Source of the DNA: Bdellovibrionales bacterium RIFOXYD12_FULL_39_22
Lineage (GTDB): Bacteria > Bdellovibrionota > Bacteriovoracia > Bacteriovoracales > Bacteriovoracaceae
NCBI GenBank assembly: GCA_001770205.1
Contig: MEQL01000009.1
Coordinates: forward strand, 1-56,773
Direction of reading: 5' to 3'
Length of the DNA stretch: 56,773 nucleotides
Part shown: positions 9,709-19,331 of the stretch, piece after piece
How positions within the stretch are numbered: position 1 is the stretch's first letter
How the letters are laid out: each line of letters starts with the position of its first letter
Position numbers and translations under genes: made by a program
Notes under the pieces: generated by a model
What the model saw: the letters and a program-made list of their open reading frames with translations, nothing else
The model's database searches: none
Told to the model about the DNA's origin: nothing

Positions 9709-10065
9709 CTATTTCCACTGACATTCTATGGGGTAAATTATCTCGTGTCCTTTTTTGGAATGGATGGCAAGATAATCGTCGTAACTAGAAAAGTTATCTT
9801 GATTTTCGATATGGAATGAATATTTTAAATTATCATAAGTGATAACCTTGGTTATACCGCTAGCGTGGCGCTGAGTTCTAATTTTAGAAACGGAGGCGAT
9901 GGCCCGGCCACCTTGATCTTCGATGTCATAGAAAGTTACGGAGTGCTCTTTTAAATGAAAGGCCTTATTAAGTCGTTCCACTGAACATATTAACTTCTGC
10001 TCAGAGGCCAAGGAGGTTAGCATCAGTAGGGAAGTGTAAGCGATAAGTACTAATAGTTTTTTCAT
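9709..10065 (-). CDS. Small secreted hypothetical protein
   Basis: MKKLLVLIAY... signal peptide; GAGG RBS; two terminal Cys; start placed downstream of the sigma54 promoter. Confidence 0.7.
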   Translation of the reverse strand: MKKLLVLIAYTSLLMLTSLASEQKLICSVERLNKAFHLKEHSVTFYDIEDQGGRAIASVSKIRTQRHASGITKVITYDNLKYSFHIENQDNFSSYDDYLAIHSKKGHEIIYPIECQWK

Positions 10066-10105
10066 AAGAGACCTCACCTTTTGGTTATTCCTTTGCCTTT
10101 TACTA

Positions 10106-10122
10106 AGCAACATGGATGCCAG
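10106..10122 (-). promoter_or_regulatory. Sigma54 (-24/-12) promoter
   Basis: Minus strand CTGGCATCCATGTTGCT with exact GG-N10-GC spacing, about 40 bp upstream of ATG 10065. Confidence 0.7.
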
Positions 10123-10284
10123 AATTATCGAAGGTAGAGAGGCCTGTTTTTAGATGGATACATTTTGTCGGGTATTGAAAAGTGTGTATAAATTATCATC
10201 TGTCAAAAATATTTACAGTATGATGGCAGCATAGTACCGTTTGAGTACAAACCGTTTTTTTAAGAAATAATGTGGGGATACACA

Positions 10285-10740
10285 ATGCGAGAATTTGGTG
10301 AATTAGAGCATAAACTATTTGAGTTAATCTCGATGGCCGCTACAGTTCAGGGATGTTCTAAATTCTTTGAAAACTGTGGAATCTTGACATCTGCAGAGGA
10401 AAAATTTCTTTCGCTGATTGGCCAGAGAGAGAGAGTTACTATTAGCGAGATAGCTACTGAGTTAAAAATGACAAAGTCGGCGGCATCGCAATTTGTGGAT
10501 AAGCTAGTGGAAAAAAAATATGTTGAACGGAAAGTTGATACCGTTGATCGACGTAAGGCGTATTCATCCTTAACTATCCTTGGTCGAGAAATTTTTGAAA
10601 AAGGAAAAAACTGTAAGGATGATTTAATTATAAAATTTCGCCAGGAAGTAGGAGTGGACGAGCATAAATTTATTGGTGTTATGACGGTAATCATTGAGTG
10701 TTTACGAAAACATTACAAAGAGATTTCGGAGCGCCATTAA
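10285..10740 (+). CDS. MarR-family transcriptional regulator
   Basis: Winged HTH TISEIATEL..TKSAASQFVDKLVEKKYVER; DRR motif; LT..G. Confidence 0.9.
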   Translation: MREFGELEHKLFELISMAATVQGCSKFFENCGILTSAEEKFLSLIGQRERVTISEIATELKMTKSAASQFVDKLVEKKYVERKVDTVDRRKAYSSLTILGREIFEKGKNCKDDLIIKFRQEVGVDEHKFIGVMTVIIECLRKHYKEISERH

Positions 10741-10779
10741 TTCTTTTTTTGATACAAATTTTAGGAGAGGTTTATACAC

Positions 10780-12147
10780 ATGAAGACTCTTTTGGTTATT
10801 ATCGCAGTGATTTTTATTTTCATCTCGTACTCATCAACTTATGCTGCAGATAGCGTGGCCTCGGTGGTAATCGCCAAAGGAGAAGTACAGGCACACTTAA
10901 ACGGGAAAAGCACTGCCATCAAGGGCGGAGATAAAATTGTAGAGGGTACTCGCATTAAAACTGCTAGCAAGAGTTTTGTGAAGTTGCTCTTTAATGATAA
11001 GTCACAAATAAATGTGGGCCCCGAGAGTGAAATGCTTGTTAATCAATTTGAAAAGGGGAGGCCAGGTGTTTTGTCAGTATTAGGTGGACAGATTCGGGCA
11101 CAGGTGGAGAAAGGTGGAGATAAAAACAAACTTTTTATTGGGACTAAAACGGCCTCTATGGGAGTTCGCGGCACGGATTTTTCGGTTATTTTTAATCCGC
11201 AAAATAATGTGTCTAATACTATTACTTACAGCGGAGAAGTTGTGGTGGCGGCCGGACAAAAAGATCTTTCTTGGCGGAGTTTGGATAAGGTTATGTCTCG
11301 TCCAGAGGTGGTGCGGATTAGAGAAGGGCAATTTTCAATGGTCAATCCGGCAGTTAGTACTAAGCCTACTATGGCGGTTAAATTGAGTCCGGCACAATTT
11401 AAAGTTTTAGCGCAAAATACAAATTTTGCGGAAAAAGATAAGAAGGAAAAATCTTCTGAGCGAGATGAGAAGAAAACAGTGATACGGAGTATGATTCCGG
11501 CCGGACTCAATTCTAGAGCGGCCATGACGGATAACAAGGGCCTAGACAAGATGTTGGGCGAAGAGTTGATTCAAGCAGTGAAAGAAGAAAAAAAAGAAGA
11601 AACTTCGGCCGCAGTTGCCAGTAATATGGCCGTGGTGGAGGTTCCACCCGCCGAAGGACTTTTTGATAAGGAGAGTGGCGCAATTGCGCCACCAGCTGGA
11701 GGATTTATTGACTTTGGTACGGGGCTATACATTCCACCACCACCTGGGAGCATGTTTGATGAAAATACCGGGGTCTATATTCCGCCAGCAACGCTGGGAA
11801 GTTTTGATATGGATACCGGTTCATATGTTAATCCGGAGGGATTTAAATTAGATGATAGTGGACAGTTCGTCGTGGATTCGGCCGCGGGGAATGAGGCGGG
11901 GAGTGCAATGGTGACAATAGAAAGTCTGCCTCCACCCATGTCTGTTATTTTGACAGAGAGTAACGTTGGTACGGAGGTATTCGCTAAAGAGGATGCTGGT
12001 ATCACAGGAGAGGTGGATATAGGTATCGATACTTTTGATGAGGAAGAGGCCCAGACTGTTGCGGACGAGATTTTAGATCAATATAACAATACGATTCCGG
12101 AATTTTCCCCTGTCTCCATGGTGGAATTTAAAATTATTGTCCAGTAG
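10780..12147 (+). CDS. Secreted FecR-domain protein with Pro-rich repeats and acidic tail
   Basis: Signal peptide; KGEV...IKT...LLFNDKS...GPES and TKTASMGVRGTDF FecR motifs. Confidence 0.8.
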   Translation: MKTLLVIIAVIFIFISYSSTYAADSVASVVIAKGEVQAHLNGKSTAIKGGDKIVEGTRIKTASKSFVKLLFNDKSQINVGPESEMLVNQFEKGRPGVLSVLGGQIRAQVEKGGDKNKLFIGTKTASMGVRGTDFSVIFNPQNNVSNTITYSGEVVVAAGQKDLSWRSLDKVMSRPEVVRIREGQFSMVNPAVSTKPTMAVKLSPAQFKVLAQNTNFAEKDKKEKSSERDEKKTVIRSMIPAGLNSRAAMTDNKGLDKMLGEELIQAVKEEKKEETSAAVASNMAVVEVPPAEGLFDKESGAIAPPAGGFIDFGTGLYIPPPPGSMFDENTGVYIPPATLGSFDMDTGSYVNPEGFKLDDSGQFVVDSAAGNEAGSAMVTIESLPPPMSVILTESNVGTEVFAKEDAGITGEVDIGIDTFDEEEAQTVADEILDQYNNTIPEFSPVSMVEFKIIVQ

Positions 12148-12174
12148 CTAGGTTTTCTGGTCAAGGAGTAGAAT

Positions 12175-13776
12175 TTGAGAGCTATTATTTTTACGATATT
12201 GCTTGCTATCGGTATTGTGCCAGCTAATTGGGCCGCTGAGACGACTAGGGAATATGAGCCCCTGGTAAAAAAGATATACGCCCTTTATGGACAAGGGGAC
12301 TATTCTGGGACAATTGCCACTATTGATGAGCTATTGTCTAGAGTTGGTGATTGGGGGATTGCGCTATATCTTAAAGGCCGCTGCTATGTTAAATTGCAGC
12401 AGTTTGAGAAGGCCAATATTGCCTTTGGAAAGGGCCTTAAAACAAAAGTTTTTCCACAGGAATCATATTACGAATATGCTCAATCACTCTATACAGCAAA
12501 TGAGTTAGTGGAGGGGAAGAAATTTTTTAATGAATCTATTAAGCGAAAAATAGAGGTGGCCCACTCCTACTACTATGTAGGAGATATTTTTCAAATTTTA
12601 AAAGATTACGATAATGCGGAGAAAAGCTTTAATAAAATATTGGGACTAGAAAATGCCGATGCGGAGATCAAGCAGGCAGCTGCCTACCGTATTGCCAAAA
12701 TATCTCTTGAGAGAATGTTGCAAAAAAAAGAGATTAGCAAGGAGGCGCAGGAAAAAGAGGTAAATCAATTTATTATTCCAAAATTTAAAGATGCTATAGA
12801 GGTCAGCCCTAAAACTAATTTTGCTTTTGAAATTAACCGCGAAATTAAGGAAATTCAGGAAAAATACAAGCTAGTTTATGCGGATGGCCGGCCCAAAAAG
12901 GCGAAGGCCTATTCCTTAAAAATCTCGCAAATTATAGATTACGATACTAACGTTACACAGACGCCTGATGATAGTGGTTCTCAAATGGCCGTTGATAGCG
13001 CTTCTTTAGTTTCAAAAAGTGAAATTCTTGGGAAATATAGTATTGATTTTAGCGATGCACTGGTGATGGGGCCAGAACTGAAATTAACTTACGACCAATA
13101 TCTCTCGGATACTCCGGAAGTATATCAGAATAACAGTTATTCCATTGGCCCTTCGTTGCGAACTCAATACAAGCATAAAGTATCCGACAAGGCTTCGTCG
13201 GCCATATTTGATATCGATTATAACTATTTTGCAAAAGATTATCAGCAGAATAAAACCTTGGCCTATTTCTCCGGGACGACCACTATTACCTTGGGAGAAA
13301 AAATTTCGTGGTTTGCAATTGGCCAAACTACGGGGAAGTTAAAATTTAAAACTTTTTCTGGCCACACTGCTTTGCTAGACTCTTCAACCGTCTCTTTTAA
13401 TTTGACTCAGTTTTATACTTTACCAGATAAGCAAATGATGCTTTTTCTTTTTAATATTGATAGCACTACTGCCTCGGTAGAATCTAATAGTACGACGAGC
13501 TATATGCTAAGAGTAGACTATTTAGGATTACCCTTGGGAATCTTTGCATTAAAAGCAGATTTTGCGCTTGCCACCACCATGCTTGATACCGGGTTGCAAT
13601 CGGCGGCCAGAGGAACCGAATTAACACTTTCTCCTTCGGCCAAAATAAGTAGAGTAGTATTTGAAAAAGGAGATCTTTTTTTGAGTTATGAATATTCTTC
13701 GAAATCATCGAAACAAGAGGATGTCTATGCCTACAGCAAGAATGTTATAAGCATGGGGATGAGTTATAATTTTTAA
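12175..13776 (+). CDS. TPR protein with predicted C-terminal outer-membrane beta-barrel
   Basis: Signal peptide, N-terminal TPR repeats, YDTNV then alternating beta strands, terminal YNF. Confidence 0.75.
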   Translation: MRAIIFTILLAIGIVPANWAAETTREYEPLVKKIYALYGQGDYSGTIATIDELLSRVGDWGIALYLKGRCYVKLQQFEKANIAFGKGLKTKVFPQESYYEYAQSLYTANELVEGKKFFNESIKRKIEVAHSYYYVGDIFQILKDYDNAEKSFNKILGLENADAEIKQAAAYRIAKISLERMLQKKEISKEAQEKEVNQFIIPKFKDAIEVSPKTNFAFEINREIKEIQEKYKLVYADGRPKKAKAYSLKISQIIDYDTNVTQTPDDSGSQMAVDSASLVSKSEILGKYSIDFSDALVMGPELKLTYDQYLSDTPEVYQNNSYSIGPSLRTQYKHKVSDKASSAIFDIDYNYFAKDYQQNKTLAYFSGTTTITLGEKISWFAIGQTTGKLKFKTFSGHTALLDSSTVSFNLTQFYTLPDKQMMLFLFNIDSTTASVESNSTTSYMLRVDYLGLPLGIFALKADFALATTMLDTGLQSAARGTELTLSPSAKISRVVFEKGDLFLSYEYSSKSSKQEDVYAYSKNVISMGMSYNF

Positions 13777-13782
13777 CTGATA

Positions 13783-14340
13783 ATGGTGGTTGCTATTGAT
13801 TCACAAATATATTCAGACTATATAGAAATTGGATATTGTGCAAAATCACATGGGATAAAGGGTGGATTGACCTTCAGCTTTTTTAATGAAGATTCGGCCC
13901 TGTTGCGAGAAAACGTCAGTATTTTTTTGGTCCCTCAAAATAAAAAAAGTAATTTACCCATAGATGGGGCGAACTATCAGATTGAAAAGATCTCATATGG
14001 GAATAAGGTTATTGTATATTTGCAGGGGGTTGTAGATAAGACGGCCGCTGATGCTATGATACCTTTCTTGATTAAAATTAAGCGCGAATTACTCCCGAAA
14101 TTAAATGATGGTGAGTATTATGTTGCAGAGATGGTCGGATTATCGGCATATGATTTTAATAGCAAAAAATATGTTGGTAAAATTGTTGATTATTATGAAA
14201 ATGGTGCCCACTTAGTGTTTGTAATCAGGGGGGAGGGAGTATCTGGTGATCTTGAAATTCCTTTTACTGATGCATTTTTTCCACACGTAGATTTGGACAA
14301 AAAAGAGGTGATGGTGATAGTTCCAGAGTTTGTGGAGTAA
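13783..14340 (+). CDS. rimM: 16S rRNA processing protein RimM
   Basis: IG...KSHGIKG, LPKLNDGEYYVAEMVG, IPF; directly upstream of trmD. Confidence 0.9.
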   Translation: MVVAIDSQIYSDYIEIGYCAKSHGIKGGLTFSFFNEDSALLRENVSIFLVPQNKKSNLPIDGANYQIEKISYGNKVIVYLQGVVDKTAADAMIPFLIKIKRELLPKLNDGEYYVAEMVGLSAYDFNSKKYVGKIVDYYENGAHLVFVIRGEGVSGDLEIPFTDAFFPHVDLDKKEVMVIVPEFVE

Positions 14341-15154
14341 TTTAGTGATTGATACAGTAAAAAAATTTAAAATTTGGATTATAACTATTTTCCCCGAATA
14401 TTTTAGGCCGCTCCTGGATTGTGGAGTGACGGCCAATGCACTAAATGGACCGAATGGCCTGGCCCTTGAGGTTAATTTAGTACCACTGGGAAATTATACT
14501 TTTCAAAAGTATAAAGGCATTGATGATACGCCATTTGGTGGTGGCCCTGGAATGATTGTGAGGGCAGATGTTTTAAAAAATGCGTTGGATTGTGGAGTAG
14601 TGAATGCTGGCAACTATGGAGGCAGTTATCGAGATAAGTTACACATAGTTTATACCTCTCCACGTGGTAAAGTTTGGAATCGTGACTATTGTAAAGAGTT
14701 CTCTGGACGTGTGTGGACAGAAAACGCTAGTAGAGATTTAGTTTTTATCTGCGGAAGATATGAAGGTGTTGACGAAAGATTTCTGCAAAAATATGTTGAT
14801 GAGGAGATTTCCATAGGCGACTATGTGTTGACGGGAGGAGAGATTGCGGTCATGGCAATTTTAGATTCTGCCTTGCGCTACCTTCCGGGAGTATTGGGGA
14901 ATCGGGAGAGTTCACAAAAAGACTCTTTTGAAGATTACTTGTTAGAAAATGGCCAATATACTAAACCGAGGGAGTTTGAAGGCGTTGTGGTTCCAGAAGT
15001 TTTGTTGTCTGGAAATCATAAAAAAATTGCTGAATATCATTTGGCAGAAAAGTTGGCATTAACTAAACAATATCGGCCAGATCTTTTTTTGAAGTTTAAT
15101 AAATTATCTGGCAAGGCCACTCAAAAGGTTGGGAATAAAAGTGGAAAAGATTAA
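14330..15154 (+). CDS. trmD: tRNA (guanine37-N1)-methyltransferase
   Basis: DDTPFGGGPGM, CGRYEGVDER, SIGDYVLTGGE, VPEVLLSGNH; start uncertain. Confidence 0.95.
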   Translation: MWSNLVIDTVKKFKIWIITIFPEYFRPLLDCGVTANALNGPNGLALEVNLVPLGNYTFQKYKGIDDTPFGGGPGMIVRADVLKNALDCGVVNAGNYGGSYRDKLHIVYTSPRGKVWNRDYCKEFSGRVWTENASRDLVFICGRYEGVDERFLQKYVDEEISIGDYVLTGGEIAVMAILDSALRYLPGVLGNRESSQKDSFEDYLLENGQYTKPREFEGVVVPEVLLSGNHKKIAEYHLAEKLALTKQYRPDLFLKFNKLSGKATQKVGNKSGKD

Positions 15155-15722
15155 TTCAAAACTTTATCTGGGACTAGTTCACTATCCCATTAACAATAAG
15201 CGTGGCAATACAGTTACTACTTCCGTTACCAATATGGATATTCATGATATTGCTAGAAGTTGCAAGAGTTTTGGGGTGGAGAAATATTTTATTATTACTC
15301 CGCTTAAAATTCAGCATGAACTAGTTTCTCGCATTTTGGGCCATTGGGAGGAAGATAAGGCGGCGGCCTATAATCCTGATCGGCAAAATGCATTATCTGT
15401 TGCACAGCTTAGTTTTTCTGTGGAGGAGGCGATAGCGGCCATTTCTGTGGCAAATGGAGGAACTCCACCGATTGTAGTTGTGACCGGAGCAAATTTTAGT
15501 AGTTTTGATGGGGCGGCATCTGATCTTCGACAGAAGATGGAGATTGACAAAGGCCCATATTTACTGCTATTTGGTACAGGCTGGGGACTGCATGCCTCTT
15601 TGATAAATCAAGCGGATTATAGGTTAAGGCCCATTACTGGCCCGGTTAGTGATAACTACAACCATCTATCTGTAAGATCGGCAGTGGCGATTTACCTGGA
15701 TCGACTACGCGGAGGCCTCTGA
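15141..15722 (+). CDS. SPOUT-class RNA methyltransferase (TrmD-associated family)
   Basis: LVHYP, TNMDIHDIARS, LLFGTGWGL, YNHLSVRSA. Confidence 0.85.
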   Translation: MEKINSKLYLGLVHYPINNKRGNTVTTSVTNMDIHDIARSCKSFGVEKYFIITPLKIQHELVSRILGHWEEDKAAAYNPDRQNALSVAQLSFSVEEAIAAISVANGGTPPIVVVTGANFSSFDGAASDLRQKMEIDKGPYLLLFGTGWGLHASLINQADYRLRPITGPVSDNYNHLSVRSAVAIYLDRLRGGL

Positions 15723-15783
15723 GTCATAATATAATTGCTCTCTTTTTTTGTTAATTTAAGAGGGCCCTGTTAAGGAGAAGGTT

Positions 15784-16149
15784 ATGAACCTTGTAGACAT
15801 TGTCAATCGCGACCATTTAAATGCCAAAGTAAAAGAACTTCCAAATTTTAAACCAGGTGACACCATTTCAGTTTCGGTGCGAGTAACTGAGGGTGCTAAG
15901 ACTAGAATTCAGTTGTTTCAAGGTGTCTGTATGGGCATCAAAAGACGTGATAAGATTAACGGCTCTTTTAGAGTGAGAAAAATTTCTGCGGGACTGGGAG
16001 TAGAGAGGGTTTTTCCTTTTCATTCACCTGCCGTAGAAAAAGTTGAGATTGTACAACAAGGTAGTCCACGAAAAGCTAAGCTTTACTACCTACGCGAAAG
16101 AGAAGGCAAGTCTGCACGTATTGCAATTGATTATGAAAAACGTGACTAG
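15784..16149 (+). CDS. rplS: 50S ribosomal protein L19
   Basis: [32 protein letters not shown]. Confidence 0.97.
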   Translation: MNLVDIVNRDHLNAKVKELPNFKPGDTISVSVRVTEGAKTRIQLFQGVCMGIKRRDKINGSFRVRKISAGLGVERVFPFHSPAVEKVEIVQQGSPRKAKLYYLREREGKSARIAIDYEKRD

Positions 16150-16188
16150 ACTGATTTAATAGCTAGAGTGATGAGATAATAATTACTC

Positions 16189-16221
16189 AAAACGCCTCGG
16201 ATCTTTTCGAGGCGTTTTTTT
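16189..16221 (+). terminator. Intrinsic terminator after rplS
   Basis: AAAACGCCTCG...CGAGGCGTTTT followed by a T run. Confidence 0.8.
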
Positions 16222-16234
16222 ATGGGCCATATTT

Positions 16235-17002
16235 ATGCTTAACGCTAATGTTGATCTCGAATACTTAGGCCAATTGAAAGCAAACTTCCCTAAATTTTTC
16301 TTGGCCGGAGCAGATGAGGTTGGCCGAGGGCCGTTGGCCGGTCAAGTAGTTGGTGCCTCAGCTTTACTTTTTTTAGAACAAGAATCTGCGGAAGAAGATC
16401 TTTCGCTGGTAGTAAAGGGGTTGCGCCAGATCGGGGTTACGGATTCAAAAAAATTGACCGATAAGAAGCGCAAAGAGATATTAAATCTTTTGGGTGTAGA
16501 CATTCGACAACTTTCGATTGAACGAGCAATTATTATCTCTTTGAATAAAAAAATTAAAATTATTACTTGTTTGGATGAGGTTTCCGCAGAATGCATTGAC
16601 CAAATTAATATTCTGAATGCAGCTATGCAGGCCATGAAGAACTCCTTTGTGAGATCTTGGCAGACGATTGGTGTAAATATACCAGGTATTTTATTGATAG
16701 ATGGTAATCGTGCCTTTAAACTGGATTCGCCGGAAGCGAATTTGGTTTCGATAACACCGGTAGTAAAGGGAGATGCGAAGTCTGTCTTGATAGGCTTGGC
16801 ATCTATTTTGGCCAAAGTATATCGGGATGAGATTTTTAAGGCATTAGATTTAAAATATCCGGGATATGATTTTGCACAAAATGCAGGCTATCCGACGGCA
16901 AAGCACCTAGGGGCAATTGCGAGTTTGGGGGTTACACCAATTCATCGAAAAACTTTTAGAGGAGTAAAAGAATATGTCGATGATGATGGAACGAGGCCTT
17001 GA
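16235..17002 (+). CDS. rnhB: Ribonuclease HII
   Basis: GADEVGRGPLAG, DSKKL, LIDGN, KGDAKS, ASILAKVYRD, GYPT, HRKTF. Confidence 0.95.
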   Translation: MLNANVDLEYLGQLKANFPKFFLAGADEVGRGPLAGQVVGASALLFLEQESAEEDLSLVVKGLRQIGVTDSKKLTDKKRKEILNLLGVDIRQLSIERAIIISLNKKIKIITCLDEVSAECIDQINILNAAMQAMKNSFVRSWQTIGVNIPGILLIDGNRAFKLDSPEANLVSITPVVKGDAKSVLIGLASILAKVYRDEIFKALDLKYPGYDFAQNAGYPTAKHLGAIASLGVTPIHRKTFRGVKEYVDDDGTRP

Positions 17003-17291
17003 ACTAGAAATTTTTCATTCAAAAATAATACATCAAAAAGAGATTCCATTGCTTATTTCTCCTTCCTTGCTTCGAAGTTTAGGGTTAGGTCAGATCGATA
17101 TCGCTAGTTTTGTTAGGGGGGCAGAGGGGGAATTTATTATAAAACTATATGAAGTTAAAAACAGTGTAGTGGTCAAGAGAGGACAGCGCTTGCGTCTGCA
17201 GTTGGCGGCAGAATTTTTGGCCAAAGTTTTTGATCTTAATGTTCAACTAATATATCTATTTGGTGCAAAAGAATTTTGCCAAACAGTGTAA
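16974..17291 (+). CDS. Divergent YraN-like PD-(D/E)xK protein
   Basis: GQIDIA...YEVK motif and position right after rnhB. Confidence 0.55.
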   Translation: MSMMMERGLELEIFHSKIIHQKEIPLLISPSLLRSLGLGQIDIASFVRGAEGEFIIKLYEVKNSVVVKRGQRLRLQLAAEFLAKVFDLNVQLIYLFGAKEFCQTV

Positions 17292-17355
17292 GGTTTTTTA
17301 TCCTATTACATGTATAATTAAAGACGAAAGAGTATTTAATACTCAGGAGTTTGTC

Positions 17356-17820
17356 ATTAATCGCATATTTGCCATATTGTTTTTAGTTTTCTCGCTTTCC
17401 GTAGTGATTCCTTCTCGCGTTGAGGCAGAGATTGATCCGAAAATTTCTGCACTTTTGACTATGGCCGGGTACGGTACTGTTTGTGGAGCTTTATTAGGTC
17501 TAGCTTCTCAAATGGCATTTGATACCGGCGGCCGTTCTATTTCGCAGGGTGCATCGCTTGGCCTATATGCGGGAATGTTTTTTGGAGGTTATGTCGTAAG
17601 TAGCTATTATATGAAAAAAAATAGTGCTGGACGTCCCAAAGATATCTATGACCCAAACTTGAATCCCTATGACTCAGGAGGAGGGTATTATCAATCTTGG
17701 GATCCATACTTTGAAATGGAAAAACAGCATACTCCGGCAAGTGGAATTAATCCGCTTACAGGTGGAAAAAAGCGAATCTCGCCTGAATTTTATCTTAACC
17801 TTTTTAGATTTCAATTTTAA
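17356..17820 (+). CDS. Hypothetical exported/membrane protein (start uncertain; ORF open from 17260)
   Basis: Signal-like NRIFAILFLVFSLSVVIPSRVEA and two Gly-rich hydrophobic helices; AGGAG 6 nt before an in-frame ATT. Confidence 0.6.
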   Translation: MNRIFAILFLVFSLSVVIPSRVEAEIDPKISALLTMAGYGTVCGALLGLASQMAFDTGGRSISQGASLGLYAGMFFGGYVVSSYYMKKNSAGRPKDIYDPNLNPYDSGGGYYQSWDPYFEMEKQHTPASGINPLTGGKKRISPEFYLNLFRFQF

Positions 17821-17841
17821 GCAAGTTACTCAACGTGCTAT

Positions 17842-18228
17842 TTAGTTTTGAAAGGTCTGCTTTCTGTTTCCAATATTTTGATTTAAAAATTCTGTTTCAT
17901 CATTTTCAAATTCTTTGACAATTAACTCCATCGCATCAAGATTAAATAGTTTAAAGACTTTTAAAAATTCACTTTTTACATTTTGCAGTTTAATTTGCTG
18001 TCGTTTGCTATTCATTGCTTTTATTGTTTCTACAAAAACTCCAATTCCCGATGAACCGACGAAATCTATATTATTCATATCTAAAGTGATAGTGGAATTT
18101 GGATTTTGAGATTTTAATGATTCTAATTCTGCGCGCAATGGAACTGTATTTTCAAAATTTAGTCCTCCTTCCATTTTTACGGTGATATCTCCTCGAGCGT
18201 CGATATTGATCTGTGCTTGCATAGACAT
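17842..18228 (-). CDS. STAS-domain anti-sigma-factor antagonist
   Basis: LDMNNIDFVGSSGIG; AAGGAG RBS. Confidence 0.85.
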   Translation of the reverse strand: MSMQAQINIDARGDITVKMEGGLNFENTVPLRAELESLKSQNPNSTITLDMNNIDFVGSSGIGVFVETIKAMNSKRQQIKLQNVKSEFLKVFKLFNLDAMELIVKEFENDETEFLNQNIGNRKQTFQN

Positions 18229-18385
18229 ATTTACTCCTTGGACCAATTAAGAGTTGGCCGATAGCGTTTGTTAATATTAGACCAACGGCACTGCGTATTA
18301 TACTATCACTCAATGCTGAATTTTTGAGGGAGAGGAAACTTTTGCTTCTTTCTTTTAGGATATTTACACGCAGAGGAGATTTTTT

Positions 18386-19234
18386 TTGGCAAAACTTTAT
18401 TTAATTTCAACTCCAATTGGCAATTTGGCCGACATAACTTATCGGGCAAAGGAGATTCTTGAGCAGAAAAGTTTGTTTTTTGCAGAGGATTCGCGGTCCT
18501 TAAAAAATCTTTTAACAAAACTGGGAATTGATTTTAGTAAAAAAGAGATCAACTCATATCACGATCATTCTGCGGACGTAAAAATAAAAGCAATAATAGA
18601 ATATCTCAAGCGAGGAGATGATGTTTGTTATCTTTCTGAGGCCGGCAGTCCAATAATTTCTGATCCTGCGTATCCACTAGTGGCGGCCGTGATAGATAAT
18701 GGACTGGAGATTGAAAGTATTCCTGGAACTAGTTCTGTGATTGTTGCCTTAGAAATGGCCGGACTTCCTGTTACCCCATTCTCTTATTATGGATTTTTAT
18801 CACGAAGCCGGGAAGAGCAATCGGCCTTATTTCGAGAGTGGAATAATATAAATGGAACAAAAGTATTTTTTGAGGCCGGTGGCCGTTTAATTGAAACACT
18901 AGAACTTTTGAGCAAACAACTTCCTAGTGCAAATATTGTAGTGGCCAGAGAATTAACCAAAATGTTCCAATCAGTTTATCGTTTTAAAGCATCTGAGTTT
19001 GCACAGGTGAAAGATGAAATTGTTATAAAGGGAGAATTTGTAGTGCTGGTTCATAATAATATTTGTAAAAAACAAATTTTTACGCTGGAGCAAGAGGCCT
19101 TGACTAAATTGGCCACAGACTATTTAGAGGGGAGTGGAAAACGTAATAAAATTTTAAGTAAAATTTTTGCATTAATTTTAAATCGTTCACAAAATGAAAT
19201 TTACTCAAAACTAACGTCTGGCCGAGAAGAATAA
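18386..19234 (+). CDS. rsmI: 16S rRNA C1402 2'-O-methyltransferase
   Basis: LYLISTPIGNLADITYRA, AEDSR, SEAGSPIISDP, RELTK. Confidence 0.93.
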   Translation: MAKLYLISTPIGNLADITYRAKEILEQKSLFFAEDSRSLKNLLTKLGIDFSKKEINSYHDHSADVKIKAIIEYLKRGDDVCYLSEAGSPIISDPAYPLVAAVIDNGLEIESIPGTSSVIVALEMAGLPVTPFSYYGFLSRSREEQSALFREWNNINGTKVFFEAGGRLIETLELLSKQLPSANIVVARELTKMFQSVYRFKASEFAQVKDEIVIKGEFVVLVHNNICKKQIFTLEQEALTKLATDYLEGSGKRNKILSKIFALILNRSQNEIYSKLTSGREE

Positions 19235-19331
19235 TTATTTTTATAAACTGCCATAAATTATTTGCGTAGCATCAAGATGTAACATAGAATATTAAATGTA
19301 CATTTGTTTGGCGCATTACTTGGAGCGTGTG

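Noticed and set aside
10239..10252. GTTTG-AGTA-CAAAC as a MarR operator
   Set aside because: Plausible, but 5-bp arms are too weak to call
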